DNA of 64,000 nt from Eledone cirrhosa (GCA_964016885.1 OZ024742.1:264492001-264556000); one strand, 5' to 3'. Counted from the stretch's first letter, positions 26,581-41,243 are shown. The notes: generated from the sequence alone by a model not told the origin. Program-made: numbers and translations.

Positions 26581-29493
26581 ACTATATATATATATATATA
26601 TGTGTGTGTATGTGTGTGTGTGTGTGTGTGCGTTACATACATGCACACAGATAGATACATTAAACATTGCTCTATTTCCATAACAAGACCATCACTATTA
26701 CTACCATACCACTAACAATAGTCTGTATGTACATATTGAATACATAAGTATATATAAATATATATCTATAGATATTATGCAATAGTCATAGTAGTACCAA
26801 ACGGCGTCCGTTAATTCTTGTTTAAGTTATTTATTTAGTATTTTATTTTGTTTAAATATTTTATATAAGCGCCTATACACACGTACACACACACTTCCCT
26901 GCGCAAGATAGTGATTACGTACACGCATATTAGCTTTTGTGCTAGTTCACGGTGGTGGGGATGTATTTGTGCGCGCCATTCATAAAAGGTTAAGTTTGAA
27001 TAAGAGGAAGAAGAATGTGACTAGTTTCGTCAGTACCGACGTAATCCGGCCACCATCGCCTCCACCGTCTCCCCCACCACCCCCACTATCTCCACCACCA
27101 CCACTATCGCTAGCCTCTTAACGATCTATCACAATATTTACACATACAGTGCCTGAGAGAATGAGAGAGAGATAGAGAGAGAGTGTGTGGGATGAAAGAG
27201 ATGGACGTTCAGTTTAAAGCCCTCCCCCATCAATAAAATCACACATCTCTACTGCCACACCCATTTTATGTTGGTTAATTCCCACACCCCTCCCTCCCAA
27301 CTTCTATAATTTAAATAATAAGGAACAATATTGATGTGATCATGGCTGTTGTACTCGTGATATGATAACGTCGGGTGGTGCTGTCGCTGCTGCTAATGAG
27401 GTGCGGGGAGGGTTGCTGCGGTACGGCAGTTAATGTAGGTCAAGGCCGATTACAGAAAAGACGCGACTACCGGTACTACTACTACTACTACTACTACTAC
27501 GTAAGGATGAAAGACAAAGATTTACCTCGGCTGGATTTGAACTCAGTGCACAAAGAGATGGAAATGAATACTGCAAGGCATTTTATCAAACGTTCTGCAA
27601 TTTTTCTAATTCACTACCCAGCTACTATCATTAGGAATAAGGCCATCAATTTCAAGAGGGAGAAATCGATTATATAGATCGACTGATACCTATTTTATCG
27701 TTCCCCGAAGCATGAAAACAGAGTTCAGCTCGAAAAGGTTTGAACATGGAAGGCGAAAGCCCAGGTGATTAAACATACACAAAAAATTAGAATATACAGC
27801 AACACCCCCCCCCCCCCATTTTACATATCAAAGTTAGCTTGGCGCAAGTAATTGGAATTGAAAAGTTATACATTAAATTCAAAACTTCTTCATTAAATTC
27901 AAAACTTATAATTTGTATAAATAATTAAGCAATCATCATGGCAAATAATTTAGAAGACAATTAAAAAAATTTCAAAACAATATGCAAACCTTCTGTTAAT
28001 TGCATGCTGGGATGGAATCTCTAAGGAGTACAACTCATAACATATAACATTAGTTATTTCATTTTGATGGCTGGAGAATAGAAACATAAATATATATGCT
28101 ATAAAAGGCAGCGAATTGGAAGAGCCGTTAGAACGTATAGAATGCCCCGGCTTTCTGAGTTCTGATTCAAATCCGAGCCAGGTCAACTTTGCCGTTCATA
28201 CTTCCAGGATTTTCAGTAGATATTTATTAAAATGGTTGTATTTTGTAAACAATCCAGACCTTGCATTTAAATAACTACCAGAATCTACATCTATTAAGGA
28301 TCTTCCAATTGTTGTTGAAATCAGTGATATCTTCTGTCAAGGCCATAAGACTTATCCTTTATATTGGCGGGAAGCATTGTATACATCTACCACTCACACA
28401 AACATTAATATGTACAATATAGACTACATTGAATAAAAGTTATAGGTTTGATCAATGTACTCTTGCTAATACTAGAAAATCAGACTTATTTTTAAACTGT
28501 CCTACTTCACTATTTTCTCATTTGAAATTAATAAGTGTATACCACTCTTACTGATAAACCAAACTGTATTTGCTTGCATTGGGTCTTCTCTTAACGCATT
28601 TACTATACCCGTTAAGATCCTATACTAAACACTTGCTCCTTCTTTCTCTCCAGAACTGTTCGCTAATTAGTATCGATCACCAATTATCTGTTCCCTTCTT
28701 TGAATAAATCTATTGACCACATTTTACTTCCAAATTCTAATATGAACATTCATCTTGCTATAATTAACTATTGACGCCACTCTCCAGTCTAGAAGTTTCC
28801 CTCACAAACCGAAAGAAAAACCACTGTACATTGCGCCAATTTTCAAACAACCAATTATTGTAACCCCAATGTTCTTTATTTAGCTTATTGTCTTTATTCC
28901 TAATTCAACGTTCTCTTCTCACCCATTCACCTGATCTACTTGATTATAAATGCAGGTTTACTACGTACCCATGAAATACTAGGATCATTCCAGTGATAGA
29001 AAATAAAGTGAAATAAAGCTCCTACCACTGCTGTGACTATAAACTATTCTGTTCTACACCTAGCTCAATTGATACCACCAAAATAGTAGCTTACTAGTTG
29101 AACCTGTCTTACTACAACTTAACCAGAACCCAATAAACATTTTAGTCTGTTTTCTCGCCTTCACTAATAAACCGTTACATCATTGTTTGTCTGTAAAATA
29201 CGGGTTGCTGTGCCAGTATTCCTTTTTTGTTGTTTTCTGAGAAAGAAACAAACAAATTATTTTCTTTTCTTTGATGTATATTTATATATTTTTAATTTCA
29301 TTTTTGTGTGACTTTACTTTATAATGTTATCTGGTTTTTTATATGATTGTCTATTACAGACATATGTGTATCTATGGGTGTGTTTTATACTCTCGAGGTT
29401 GTGTAAATTAAAATGTATAGTGATATTTTTATATATACATATATACAGTTATATATACATATATACAGTTATATATACATATATACATATATA

Positions 29494-29964
29494 CAGTTGT
29501 CCTCCGGTATTCGCGAGGGCTATGTTCCTAGTGCACACGCAAAGAGTGGAAAACCGCGAATATTGGACATGGTCCATAAAAATGCCTACAAACGTCAAAA
29601 CATAACGTAAAATATAGGCCGGCAAATACGGTATATTATTAATATAATTGTTAAGCGTGAAAAAATATATATTGCCACGAAAAAAGCCATTAAAAATCGC
29701 AGTAGATATAAGAGTGGAAAACCGCGAATATTGGACGTGGTCCATAAAAATGCCTACAAACGTCAAAACATAACGTAAAATATAGGCCGGCAAATACGGT
29801 ATATTGTTAATATAATTGTTAAGCATGAAAAAATATATATTGCCACGAAAAAAGCCATTAAAAATCGCAGTAGATATTTACGATTCCGCGAATATGCGGT
29901 GATTTCCATGGACAACTATTTGTTACGTTCTAAGGAAAATTCCGCGAATGCTGGGGGTACACTG
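29494..29964. mobile_element. pogo/Tigger-like MITE with a 168-bp internal tandem duplication
   Basis: TIRs cagttgtcctccggtattcgcg / cgcgaatgctgggggtacactg, TA flanks; 29543-29710 repeated at 29711-29877. Confidence 0.8.
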
Positions 29965-30079
29965 TATATATGTACACACACTTACAAACATGCATAAATA
30001 TATCACGCTCTCGCTCTCTATATATTTATATATATACTCATACTATGTGTCTTCCTCTCTTACACATACATATTATATA

Positions 30080-30340
30080 TAGAGGAAGACCCCTTTCGGT
30101 ATTTGTGGATGACCAACAGTCATCCGTGCATACCGGTCTTCCTTTTCAACGCCACCGATATTGTCCAATTGAAAGACAATGGCCGATACAGTCGCAACTC
30201 ATTTCTACAGCTGAGTAAACCGGAGCAATCTGAAATAAAGTGTCTTGCTCAAGGACAAAACGCATCACCTGGTCCGAGAATCGAACTCACAACCCCCCGA
30301 TTGCAAGCCCAACGCTCTAACTACTAAGCACGCGCCTTCA
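30080..30340 (-). mobile_element. tRNA-derived SINE with CORE-like central domain; related about 44000-44215 (-)
   Basis: Reverse strand: gcttagtagttagagcgttgg...gttcgattct...gtccttgagcaagacactttatttc. Confidence 0.65.
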
Positions 30341-31249
30341 TATATATATAAAATTAAATGTCTACATATACAATTACAAACATTGTTTATAAATCCCAAC
30401 TGTGTGCAAGTGTGCACTTCAGTGTTATGATATGCTCCTGCAACTACTCTTTGCTCCATTTTTACTTGAAAATACTAGTGCTTTCTATTTTATGTGCATA
30501 GTGTTGTTGTTCTTGTTACTGCAAACCTATGGAGAAAAGACAAATCGCCTCTATCACATTCTTGGTGGATTGTAATTAGATTAAAGTTGTAATGTATGTA
30601 ATGTATGTATGGCCTGCAGTGCCTTTTGAATTTTATTCATGAAAAACTGCCTACTTAATGTATATTGGCAATATATTTATATTTTATGCACTATATGTAA
30701 TTTATTAACAGGAGGGGAAGACAATAGCCTATGGGATTGAAATTCCTGTTTTTTCAGTTGAAATGATGGGGAGGTTACATGCCTTGACCTTGGTATTATA
30801 ATTCTACTGTGTCTTTTGAGTAATTGTCTCTGAAATACCCTTGCCCTTTTAATATGGCAGCTGAGTTGATAATTAATGGCTGGAGGAGTGTGAGGTAGCT
30901 GAAGGTGTAGTAGAATGTTAATTCTAGAGATGTGACTCGTTGTAGTAATATGATAATAGTTTTAGTGATGTAATGGTGGCTGTATGGCAATGGCAGAGCT
31001 GCTTTGTGTTTTGCTGTTAAATCAAGGTTATATCCATGACCTCTTCCATGCCCTCTGAGATTAGTTATAGAGAGAAAGGCATTCTCAAACCAGAAACCTG
31101 GTCTAAATGCTTGCAATGGGTGTACACTGCTAAAGTCACCAAAGAAACAGATGGATATGTTACACTGAATGAAGGATTATGTCTACCTCCAAAAGAGCTT
31201 ACAATGAAATTTGAACTCAGAATGTTCCATGTAGAGTCGCTAATTCTCC

Positions 31250-31510
31250 TAATTGAGTGATCACAGCTCCGATATTGAGGACATGTGGTTAGAATGTCTC
31301 AGGAAAGAATCACTGAACAGATTTTTTGTGGGTAAACCAACTAGCAGGAGACTCAGGGGTAGACCCCCAAGCAAAATGGTTGGATAACCTGGGGATCCAG
31401 GTGGATTAATTGATTAATTGGAGATAGTTGTTTCTGACAAGACCCACTGAAAAGCGAGCTTGAGGACTCTGCCTACACAACCCTCCCAGGAATAAGTGGG
31501 CGAAGAAGAA
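31250..31510 (+). mobile_element. Degenerate RTE 3' fragment (family of 691-1053)
   Basis: ttggataac..ggggatccag..gaggactctgcctac..gaagaagaa shared with 890-1050. Confidence 0.6.
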
Positions 31511-32580
31511 ACTCTGTCACCATCATTTGTCTAAATATATGGATAAAATACGGAATTAATCAAGTACTGGAGCAGTGGTGGATGTATTATAAAACCAATC
31601 TTCAGGACTCCTAATCCTGGAAAGGCCCTAGAAGCTGCTGTTGCTCTATTGTTGGTAGCTGTAAAGAGATCCTCAGAACTGTCCAAGCTTTAGGATTTCC
31701 AAAATATAGGTCTGTCATTGTAGTGGAGTTGGTTTAATCCTTTCATTACCATATTTCTAATAAAAGCCTCTGACTATAAATTTTTAATATTTTTTTCAAA
31801 ATAATCAAGAATTTAAATAAATGTTGTAATATAACTGACCTTTTCATTGTTAAGCTGGCGTTTATATTATAATTTTACAAAGGTTCTTGCATAAAAATAT
31901 AATGGAAAGTTTTTTAGAAAAATATATACATTTTAAAACAGTTTCATATTGAAGAATCAGGGGCAGTTTCAGGTGACTTGGTATCAACTATACCTTCCCC
32001 TAAAATATATGGCATTGTGTAAATGTTAAAGATCAATATTAAACACTGTCTCTGTGTGTTTCATATGTTTCTTTTCGAGACTAGTATGATAACAAATCAA
32101 TTGGTGTGTTATGTTCTCAGTAAAGCAAATAAACAACATGGTTTCAATTTCCAATAAGAATCATTTCACTTCATTTACATACCAACTGCCCTTGTAAATA
32201 GCAGGGAAGCATTACAGCTACTATTTTCTCAAAATGTGAAATTAACAGAGCTAATAACTCATTAATACAACTGTTGTACTTCATTGAACAGAAAATGTAG
32301 TCGACATCTGATGCCTGACTCTTCACCTGCTGGTAATAGATAAGCAATTAATTTGATTGTTTTATGTATGAATGTATTTGTGTAAATGGGATCATTTTTT
32401 ATTTACATACATTTGTGCACATAAGATTCCATACAGATGTGCCTATGTGTATTTTATTGTGCATATGCACATGTCTATGTCTATGTGTGTGTTTGCATTT
32501 CTATGTCAGTATGCATGCATGTTTTCACACAGTCTTAATCTGTGTAATTTGAATATGTGTGTATATTTGTATATATATTG

Positions 32581-33340
32581 AGGGCAGACTATACGATGCT
32601 TGTATATGAACAGCAATGTTACATGGTAGTGAGACCTGGCCACTGTGTCCAGAGGACCTGTGAAGATTGGAAAGAAATGAAGCATGCATGCTCCAATGGA
32701 TGCTTAATAGTAATATATACACAAACGGCAAAGCGTAAATGAGCTAAGTGTGAAATTAGGCATAAGAGAAATCAGATGCAGTAAACTAGAGAGGAGATTG
32801 CAGTGGTACGGTCATGTGATGTGTATGAAGAGAGACAGCTGCATAAAAAGGTGCAGGACAAACAATATTGATGGAAGCTATGGAGTAGAAAGACCCAGGA
32901 AGACCTGCGATGAGGTGATAAAAGCTGACCTTGCGCAATTGCACTTGTCAAAGACAATGACACAGGATCGAGATCTTTGGTGTTATGCAGTAATACAGAA
33001 GACCCGCCTCCCCTTGCACACATACTTCCAGTAGACACCTCTTAATCCACTATACCTTCTTCCATACACCCCACATCCTACTCCACCCTTACAATGTAAA
33101 GTTATGCAGGTATCACAAAACCATCCAGCACACACTGTAAAGTGGTGGTGTAGTTGTCACAACAAAAAGCACTCAACACACACTGTAAATGTGGTTGGTG
33201 TTAGGAAGGGCATCCAGCCATAGAAATCTAGCCAGAAACAGTCTTATATGAGGAAGACACGGTCACCTGACCCAACTTGCCTCAAATGGGACTACTTGTC
33301 TAACCTATGTTAGTGTGGAGAATGGACTTTAAATGATGAT
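32581..33340 (+). mobile_element. RTE-clade LINE 3' fragment with 3' UTR
   Basis: ERRLQWYGHVM..RPRKT..DRDLW, UTR gtggttggtgttaggaagggcatccagc, (ATG)n tail. Confidence 0.85.
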
Positions 33341-33388
33341 ATTACTATTTCTTTTATGTATATGTATATATGTCTATATATATGTGCG

Positions 33389-33434
<46 letters not shown>

Positions 33435-33515
33435 TGTGCATATGTATGTATATATATATATGTATGTATATATGTGTATATGTTTATATATGCATATATA
33501 TATGTATATATATGT

Positions 33516-33548
<33 letters not shown>

Positions 33549-33585
33549 AATATATATATGAATATATATATATAAATATATATGT

Positions 33586-33636
<51 letters not shown>

Positions 33637-34001
33637 TATATGTATATATATATATAAATATATATGTATATATATATATAAATATATATATATATAAATA
33701 TATATATATATTTATATATATATATACATATATATACATATATATATATGCATATATAAACATATACACATATACATATATATATACACATATATAAACA
33801 TATATATATATATATATACATACATATATATATACACATATATATATAAACATACATATGCACATTCATATATACATATATATATATTTACACACACACA
33901 CATATACGTACATATATATGGACATATATACATATACATAAAAGAAATAGTAATATCATTTAAAGTCCATTCTCCACACTAACATAGGTTAGACAAGTAG
34001 T

Positions 34002-34618
34002 CATCATCATCATCATCATCATCATCTTCCACGGCATAACGTCCATCTTCCACGCTTGCATGGGTTTGGACGGGAGTTTTCCCACTTGAGGCAAGAGTGA
34101 TTGTCTTGCTCGCATAGGACTGAAAGGGGTGGTGTGGATGGGGTGGGGGTAGTGGGACGGGGGTGTATTTTTGTTAGAGGTGCCTACTGACTGTATTAGG
34201 TTTCACTTTGTACTTAGGTAAGGTGGGTCTTCTCTATTACTGTGTAGCGCCAAAGATCTTGGTCCAGTGACATTGCCTTGGAGAGGTGTAAGTGTGTGAG
34301 GTTGGAATTTATCAAGTCATCCCAGGTTTTTCTGTGTCTGCCTATTCCGTGGCTACCGTCTATCTTTATTGCCCTGCACTTTTTTATACAGCTGTGGTCT
34401 TTCATGCGCATCACGTGACCGTACCAACGTAGCCTTCTCTCGAGTAAACAGCATCTGATCCCTCTTATTTCTAATTTTTTCCTTAGTTCGTTTATGCTTT
34501 GCCGTTCACGGAGCATGCAAGCTTCGTTCCTCTCCAGTCTGCGTATATCCTCTGCACACAATGCCCAGGTCTCACTGCCATGTAACATTGATGTTCGTAT
34601 GCAGGCATCATACAGCCT
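34002..34618 (-). mobile_element. RTE-clade LINE 3' fragment (internally deleted)
   Basis: MLHGSETWAL..RRLRWYGHVMR; (CAT)n tail at 34002. Confidence 0.88.
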
Positions 34619-34702
34619 ATGTATGTATATGTATATATAAATATATATATATATAAATATATATATATATTTATATATACATATACATACATATATACAT
34701 AT

Positions 34703-36583
34703 ATCATCATCATCATCATCATCAACGTTTAACGTCCGTGTTCCACGCTTGCATGGGTTTGGACGGGGGTAGTCCCACTTGAGGCAAGAGTGATTGTCTT
34801 GCTCGCATAGGACTGTCTGGTAGGTTTTCTACAGTTGGATGGCCTTCCTAACACCAACCACATTTACAGTGTGGGTCTGGGAGGTTTTTACCGTGTTGCC
34901 TACACGGCCACATTACAGCGTGGACTGTGTGTTTTTTTGTCGTGACACCTACACGATCTCATTTGTTTCGGCCTGGATGGCGCAGCACCAACATAACTTT
35001 ACATAGAATGGGGTGGTGTGGATGGGGTGGGGGTGGTGGGATGGGGTGTATTTTGTTAGAGATGCCTACTGGCTGGAGTAGGTTTTACTATATATTTAGG
35101 TAAGGCGGGTCTTCTCGGTTACGGAGAGGTGTAAGTGTGTAATGTCGGAGTTTATCAGCTCGTCCCAGGTTTTTCTAGGTCTGCCTATTCCGTGACTACC
35201 GTCTATCTTTATTGCCCTGCACTTTGTTATACAGCTATCGACTTTCATGCGCATCACGTGTCCATACCAACGTAGCCTTCTCTCGAGTAAACAACATCTG
35301 ATCCCGCTTATCTCTAATTTTTTCCTTAGTTCGTTTATGCTTTGCCGTTCACGTATATTACTGTTACACATCCAGCGGAGCATGCAAGCTTCGTTCCTCT
35401 CTAGTCTGCGTATATCCTCTGCACACAATGCCCAGGTCTCACTGCCATGCAGCATTGCTGTTCGTATGCAGGCATCGTACAACCTGCTTTTCATTTTTAG
35501 GGAGAACCCTTTAGCAGCTAATAGTGGTATAAGCTCTCTGAACTTTTTCCAACCAGTTCTGACTCTAGCTACAGTACTTTCAGAGCATCCTCCCCCACTG
35601 CTGATTTTATCGCCCAGGTAACGGAAGCTGTCCACTATTTCTATAGAACCCTCTGCGCAATTGAAAGAGCTAGTATTCTGTGGGCACTTGCTGCTACTTA
35701 TTGCACCAGAACACCGGCCACATGTAAAATCTATGTTCTTAGTTAGCTTACCTGTGATCCCACTACATCTTTTATGCACCCATACTTTGCATTTAGGACA
35801 TAAAATGGAGTTTCTACCTACGCCTTTCCTACACACCGAGCACGACCATTTCCCAGAAGGGACCGCCGCCTTGTTTTCTTTCCTACAAACTAGAACTTTA
35901 GTCTTAGCCAGGTTAATTTTAAGTCCTTTTGACTCGAGGCCGTGCTTCCATGTTTGGAATTTTTTCTCTAGCTCGGCCATTGATTCCGCTATGAGTGTCA
36001 GGTCGTCTGCGTATAGGAGTTCCCATGGGCAGCCTGTCTTGAACTCCTCTGTTATAGCCTGAAGGGCAATAATAAATAGTAGGGGGCTGAGAACAGAGCC
36101 CTGATGGACGCCAACTTTTACGCTAAACTCTTCACTATATTCGTTGTTAATTCTAACCTTGCTGACTGTTTCTTTATACATGGCTTGTATAGCCCTCACA
36201 AGCCATTCGTCAACGCCTAGTTTTCTAAGAGCCCACCAGATAATGGAGCGGGGGACTCTGTCGAAGGCTTTCTCCAAGTCGACAAAAGCTAAGTAGAGGG
36301 GTTTACCTTTAGCTAGGAACTTCTCCTGTAGTTGTCGTACTATGAAAAGAGCGTCTGTGGTACTTTTGCCTGACACAAACCCGAACTGCATTTCATCTAG
36401 GTCAATTCTCTCTCTGATTAGTTGCGCTATTACTTTTTCCGTGACCGTCATGACCTGGTCGATTAATTTAATGCCTCTATAGTTACTCCTATCTAGGGCG
36501 TCTCCTTTACCCTTGTAACAGTTAACGATGATGCTGCTATGCCAGTCCTTCGGAACAACCCCATTCTGTACGACTTGGTTAAC
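34703..36583 (-). mobile_element. 5'-truncated RTE-clade LINE with an open RT ORF (35096-36583)
   Basis: NYRGIKL, QFGF, FVDLEKAFDRV, QGSVLSPLLF, YADD, Cys/His finger, FRYLG, LHGSETW, RLRWYGHV. The N-terminal IY run of the listed ORF is microsatellite. Confidence 0.93.
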
Positions 36584-36641
36584 TATATATATATACATAT
36601 ATATATATTTATATATACATATACATACATATATACATATA

Positions 36642-36675
<34 letters not shown>

Positions 36676-36795
36676 TATGTGTGTATCTGTGTATATATAT
36701 GTGTATCTGTATATGTAGGCATATATATGTATATCTGTGTATAAATGTATATATGTTTATACATATGTGTGTATATATGTTTGTATATATATATA

Positions 36796-36847
<52 letters not shown>

Positions 36848-37742
36848 AAGTGGGTGGTACGTGCAGCATTGTATAGTTTTATAGATGTATGAAATAATTT
36901 GTGTAGCTTTATGTCAAGAAAGCAAACACCACTTATGATTCAAATGTATTAAATAACCATGAAATCACATTTCATGTTCCACAATACCCCTTCCAATTCC
37001 ACAGTATTAACAAAAGCACCATTATGTTTCACCTTGACAGTATCACTCTACCTTCCTTCCATGTTTCTTGCATGATTATCTCCACCACTTTAACAACAAC
37101 AGCACCACTTCCCATCTTATCAATACCACCATCACCTACAGCATCAATATATTTCTTTTCACTATCCCACCACTACCACCACCACGCATAGCAATAAAAA
37201 AAATTGTTTCTTGTCAATTTCAAGAATTAATTTCCTTCAGCGAACATAGGTTCCTGAACATTGCCTAATGGAAATAATAGATGTTTGTGCTGTCTTATAT
37301 GGTCTGCAGGTCTGCAACACATCTGCACATGCTATATGGACTTGCATATGCACAGAATAAGAAGCTTTGGGAATCATACAAATACAAATAGAAAAGGAAA
37401 AATATAGGGAGTTAGGCAGACTGGGTGTAGAATAGATAGCAGCATATAGTGCATAATATATGAATAATGTATATGAAAATGCTATATATACATAATGACA
37501 CACACATGAGTATATGTATATGTATAGATAAATTATGTGTATGTATGTTACTGCCTGATTAACACCTTAAATTCAATGTCTTTTTTTTTTGCTGTGTTTA
37601 TGTATGAACCTGTGTATGTATGTGTGTATCTGTATATATATATATATATATAGTGTAGGAGGTGAGTTTTATTGTAGCTACAAATAAAGCAATGCAAATA
37701 TCAGATAAGTAGCACTCCACAGTTTATTGGACTGGAGTATAA

Positions 37743-38182
37743 ATAATATAAGATCAAAAGATGGTTAAAAGAGTTCCAAATATTTTATTATGCGCATTTC
37801 AAAAACAAATATCATCATGGGATGATATTTGCGTTCTAATCAGATAAAATAGGGAAACATGATATGAAGCTTAAAAAACACTTGTGAGTAGTGAAGTGTT
37901 AAATCAACATATGAAAAATAAAGTAAGATGGATATTTGAGATTGGGAAAAAAAGGAGGGGAGGTAGGAAATGGTAAGGAAGAGGAAGAAAGAGAATAAAG
38001 GATGAAGTGGGAGGAGTATAGGGAGGAAGGATGAGAGAGGAGGAGAAATGAGTGATAGAGAGAGAGAAATAGCCTTTTTATCTGATGAGAACGCAAATAT
38101 CATCCCATGATTATATTTGTTTTTGAAATGCGCATAATAAAATTCTTGGAACTCTTTTAACCATCTTTTGATCTTATATTAT
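37743..38182. repeat. Inverted repeat (about 107-bp arms), each arm carrying a hammerhead
   Basis: 37743-37849 is the reverse complement of 38076-38182, with a purine-rich spacer and (TA)n following. Confidence 0.9.
38076..38142 (+). ncRNA. Type I hammerhead ribozyme motif
   Basis: ttttat-CTGATGA-gaacgcaaatatcatc ccat gattatatttgttttt-GAAA-tgcgca-TA-ataaaa. The mirror copy on the minus strand has CTGATTA. Confidence 0.8.
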
Positions 38183-39589
38183 ATATATATATATATATTT
38201 ATATGTGTGTTTGTGTGTCGTCATCATCATCATTTCTTTTTGAAACATCTGATTGCTCTTATGTTCAGTTTTTCCATCAGATCATCTATGCTTCATCATT
38301 CATGCACATATACAAGTGTGTCAAAAGGGTACTCTTTTGAGTAAGTAATAGCAATAATTAAAAACTGAGATTTTATACAGTTGCTACTCCAAGTTTCACA
38401 TTGGTAATACTTCATCTGGTGTATCTTCTGTTAGTCAGCTTAGCAGAAGCTGTTTCTCCTGCAGCTACATATTGTGGAAGAAGGACCATCAAATGTCTAC
38501 ATTAAGGAAACATTTACTAAGTTTACACAGCAGTTGTTGAATAAGTAAGTTTCACCAACCTTGTTATATAAATATGTACTGGACCAGTTACAAATTAAGT
38601 GACTTAAATGTGAACACTGTCAGGCCCATGCAAAGTTGGTAATAAGCTCAAGCCAGAAGTCAAATGTAGACCTCATTTGAACCTGCTCATTAAGTATTTT
38701 TTATAATCAGTGCTAAATACATATGATTTCTGTATAGGTTACAGGTATATACACTGATGCAGCATAGACAAATGTTTAAAGAATTCATTTCACATTCATT
38801 AGGTCATGGGTTCAATACCATTGTATGGTATCTTGAGCAAGTGTCATTTACCATAGCCTTGGATTGACCCATGCCTTCAGAGTGAAACTTGGTAAACAGA
38901 AACTGTTTGGAAGCCCAATGGATGGACTGTACCTGTAATTCAAATGGTGAGCCTTGTCATACACTGTGTCATGCTGAAACTGCCTGAGAATTGCATTAAG
39001 GGTACAGATGTATGTGGAGTGCTCAGCCACTTACATTTTAACCTCAGAAGAAGGCTGTAGCATTGATTGAATAACTGGAATACTCCTCATTGAAACTGAT
39101 GGATGTCCATTCCACAGGTATATACATATATAGTCCTATGCGAGCAAGACAACCACTCTTGCCTCAAGTGGGAAAACTCCCATCCAAACCCATGCAAGCG
39201 TGGAACATGAACGTTAAACGATGATGATGATGATGATGATGATGATATATAACGTACATGATGCATTTAAAAGTAATAAAAAAGAATAAAGGAACTAGAA
39301 CTGGAGAGTAGGAAAGCTTGAAATTGTAGGTTAATGCCAGTCCCACTCATTTTGCCTGAACACAATACATTACTGGTATAATTCTTTTCAACTTTTAGGT
39401 TTATGTCAATATAACTACTCAGACTGATGGGGGTTACACAGACACATAATGATTAAACAAAACAGAAACCTATATGTTGGAACAGAATGTGAGACATGTC
39501 ATGTATAGACAGCAGCACTTATCCATGATACATTTCAATAGTAATAGAAACTAGCAACTACAGTGATGTGGGTTTAATTTTGTCAATAT

Positions 39590-40332
39590 TACATGCTCAA
39601 TAGAGTCCAATTGCTAATTCCCTTCAAAGTGAGTCTCTTGAGTCTCCACATGCATAGCCCAGTGAAACTTCTACTGTTCAAAGCACATCTGGAATGGTTC
39701 TCATCTCTACCATTGCATGAAATCCTCTCAGACCGCCATAAAGTTAAAAGATTCTATGCCTGGAGAGTAGGCAGCCTGGCAAATGAGTAAAATGTCTTTA
39801 TTGGCCAAGATTGCTTGGATCAGCTGCAAAGACTAAGCTGGGGTATTGTTATGTTGCAGCTGCTAGTTTTGTGAGGTTCAAAAATCCTGTCTGGTAGATT
39901 AGCTTTCCAGTGCACATTCATGATGCATAATACATCACTACTCAAAGAAAACAATTGGCATTACCTTGATTTTGCTCTGCACATGACATACTTTTTGGGC
40001 CCTGGTGATGTTGAATGCTTCCACTGTGATGACTGAGATTTGGTTTCCAGGCTGTTACCATACACATACGTTTCATCTCTAGTTATCACAGTATTCAGGA
40101 ACTCTGGTTCGTTGTTGTCAGTATTGGGCAAAATGAAAGTACAAGTATATTGTATGGCACTTCACACACTGGCTGCTTGAGATCAACTGATTCATCCAGT
40201 GAGCTTACCAAAAAACGACACATATACATGAATGAGTGGATCCACTCTGCATACTTTTTCACCTTGCTTTCCTTACATTACTTCCGGTGGGAAAACGAAA
40301 AATGGAGTTGGATACTTTTTCGACAAACCTCA
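39590..40332 (-). pseudogene. Decayed mariner transposase/transposon
   Basis: Reverse peptides FLNTVITRDETYVYG..ETKSQSSQWKHSTSPGPKK and QAAYSP; TIR-like ggatactttttcgacaaacctcata near 40310-40332. Confidence 0.8.
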
Positions 40333-41243
40333 TATATATAAATATATATATATATAAATTGAAACAGCATGATTTCAGCTGTTAAGGTACTAACATTTCC
40401 CTATAAATACACTCTACATTCCCAAGTATCAAGTACTTAGTTGAACATGGTCTTACTAGTACAAAACACGTAACTCCCAATTCATCTATATATATAGTGG
40501 GGGCTGCACAAGGGTAGAGAGGGTATTACTGGGGTGCAATAGTAAGGGTATCTAAGGGCTTTGGAGGAGGGAGTTGCAAAAGAATAGTTCTGGAGCGGGG
40601 AATGAGTGGTTAGTTCAGTGATGGTGAGGATAGCTGCTGGGGGGGGGGGGGGTTAGTGGAAGGGCATATGGATGGGTCAAGTTATATTGTATTATAAGCT
40701 AGTGGCCAGATCTTCATCAGCACAGCATAGCACTAGCCCTCTTGATCCTTTCTCAGCTCAGTTATGAAGTTTAATTTCTTAAGGTCACTTTTCACTACCT
40801 TTTCCCAAGTTTTCCTATATAAATGTATATATATACACATGTATATATATATATATAGAGAGAGAAAGACGGAGTGAGTGGAAATTGATAGTCAGTAAGA
40901 GTTACAAAATACATTCAGTATTATATTGAAAGAAGCTGAAAATTAGCATGAAGATAGTTGTTTCATATTTCCATCATAAAATGTTAGTAGAAGGGAAAAA
41001 CACAGCAAGAAAAATACAATATGTAAATATTATGCAAGCTTAAATACATACATTGTGTGTATGTGTGTGTATGTGTGTGTATGTGTGTGCTCACAGGCAT
41101 GCATGGATCTGTATATATGTTGTCAGGCTTTCTGTTTCTTTTCATTTGTCCACTACTCCAGATAATGTTTTTCTCATGCATCACTTCCTCTCTCGCATTC
41201 TCTTCTATCCCTCCTGTTATTTCTCACACTTAATCTTCTGTTG

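Noticed and set aside
30796-31116. 106-aa ORF with GYNLDL..PLPYSHH, faintly like a LINE endonuclease end
   Set aside because: Similarity is too weak to call without a profile search.
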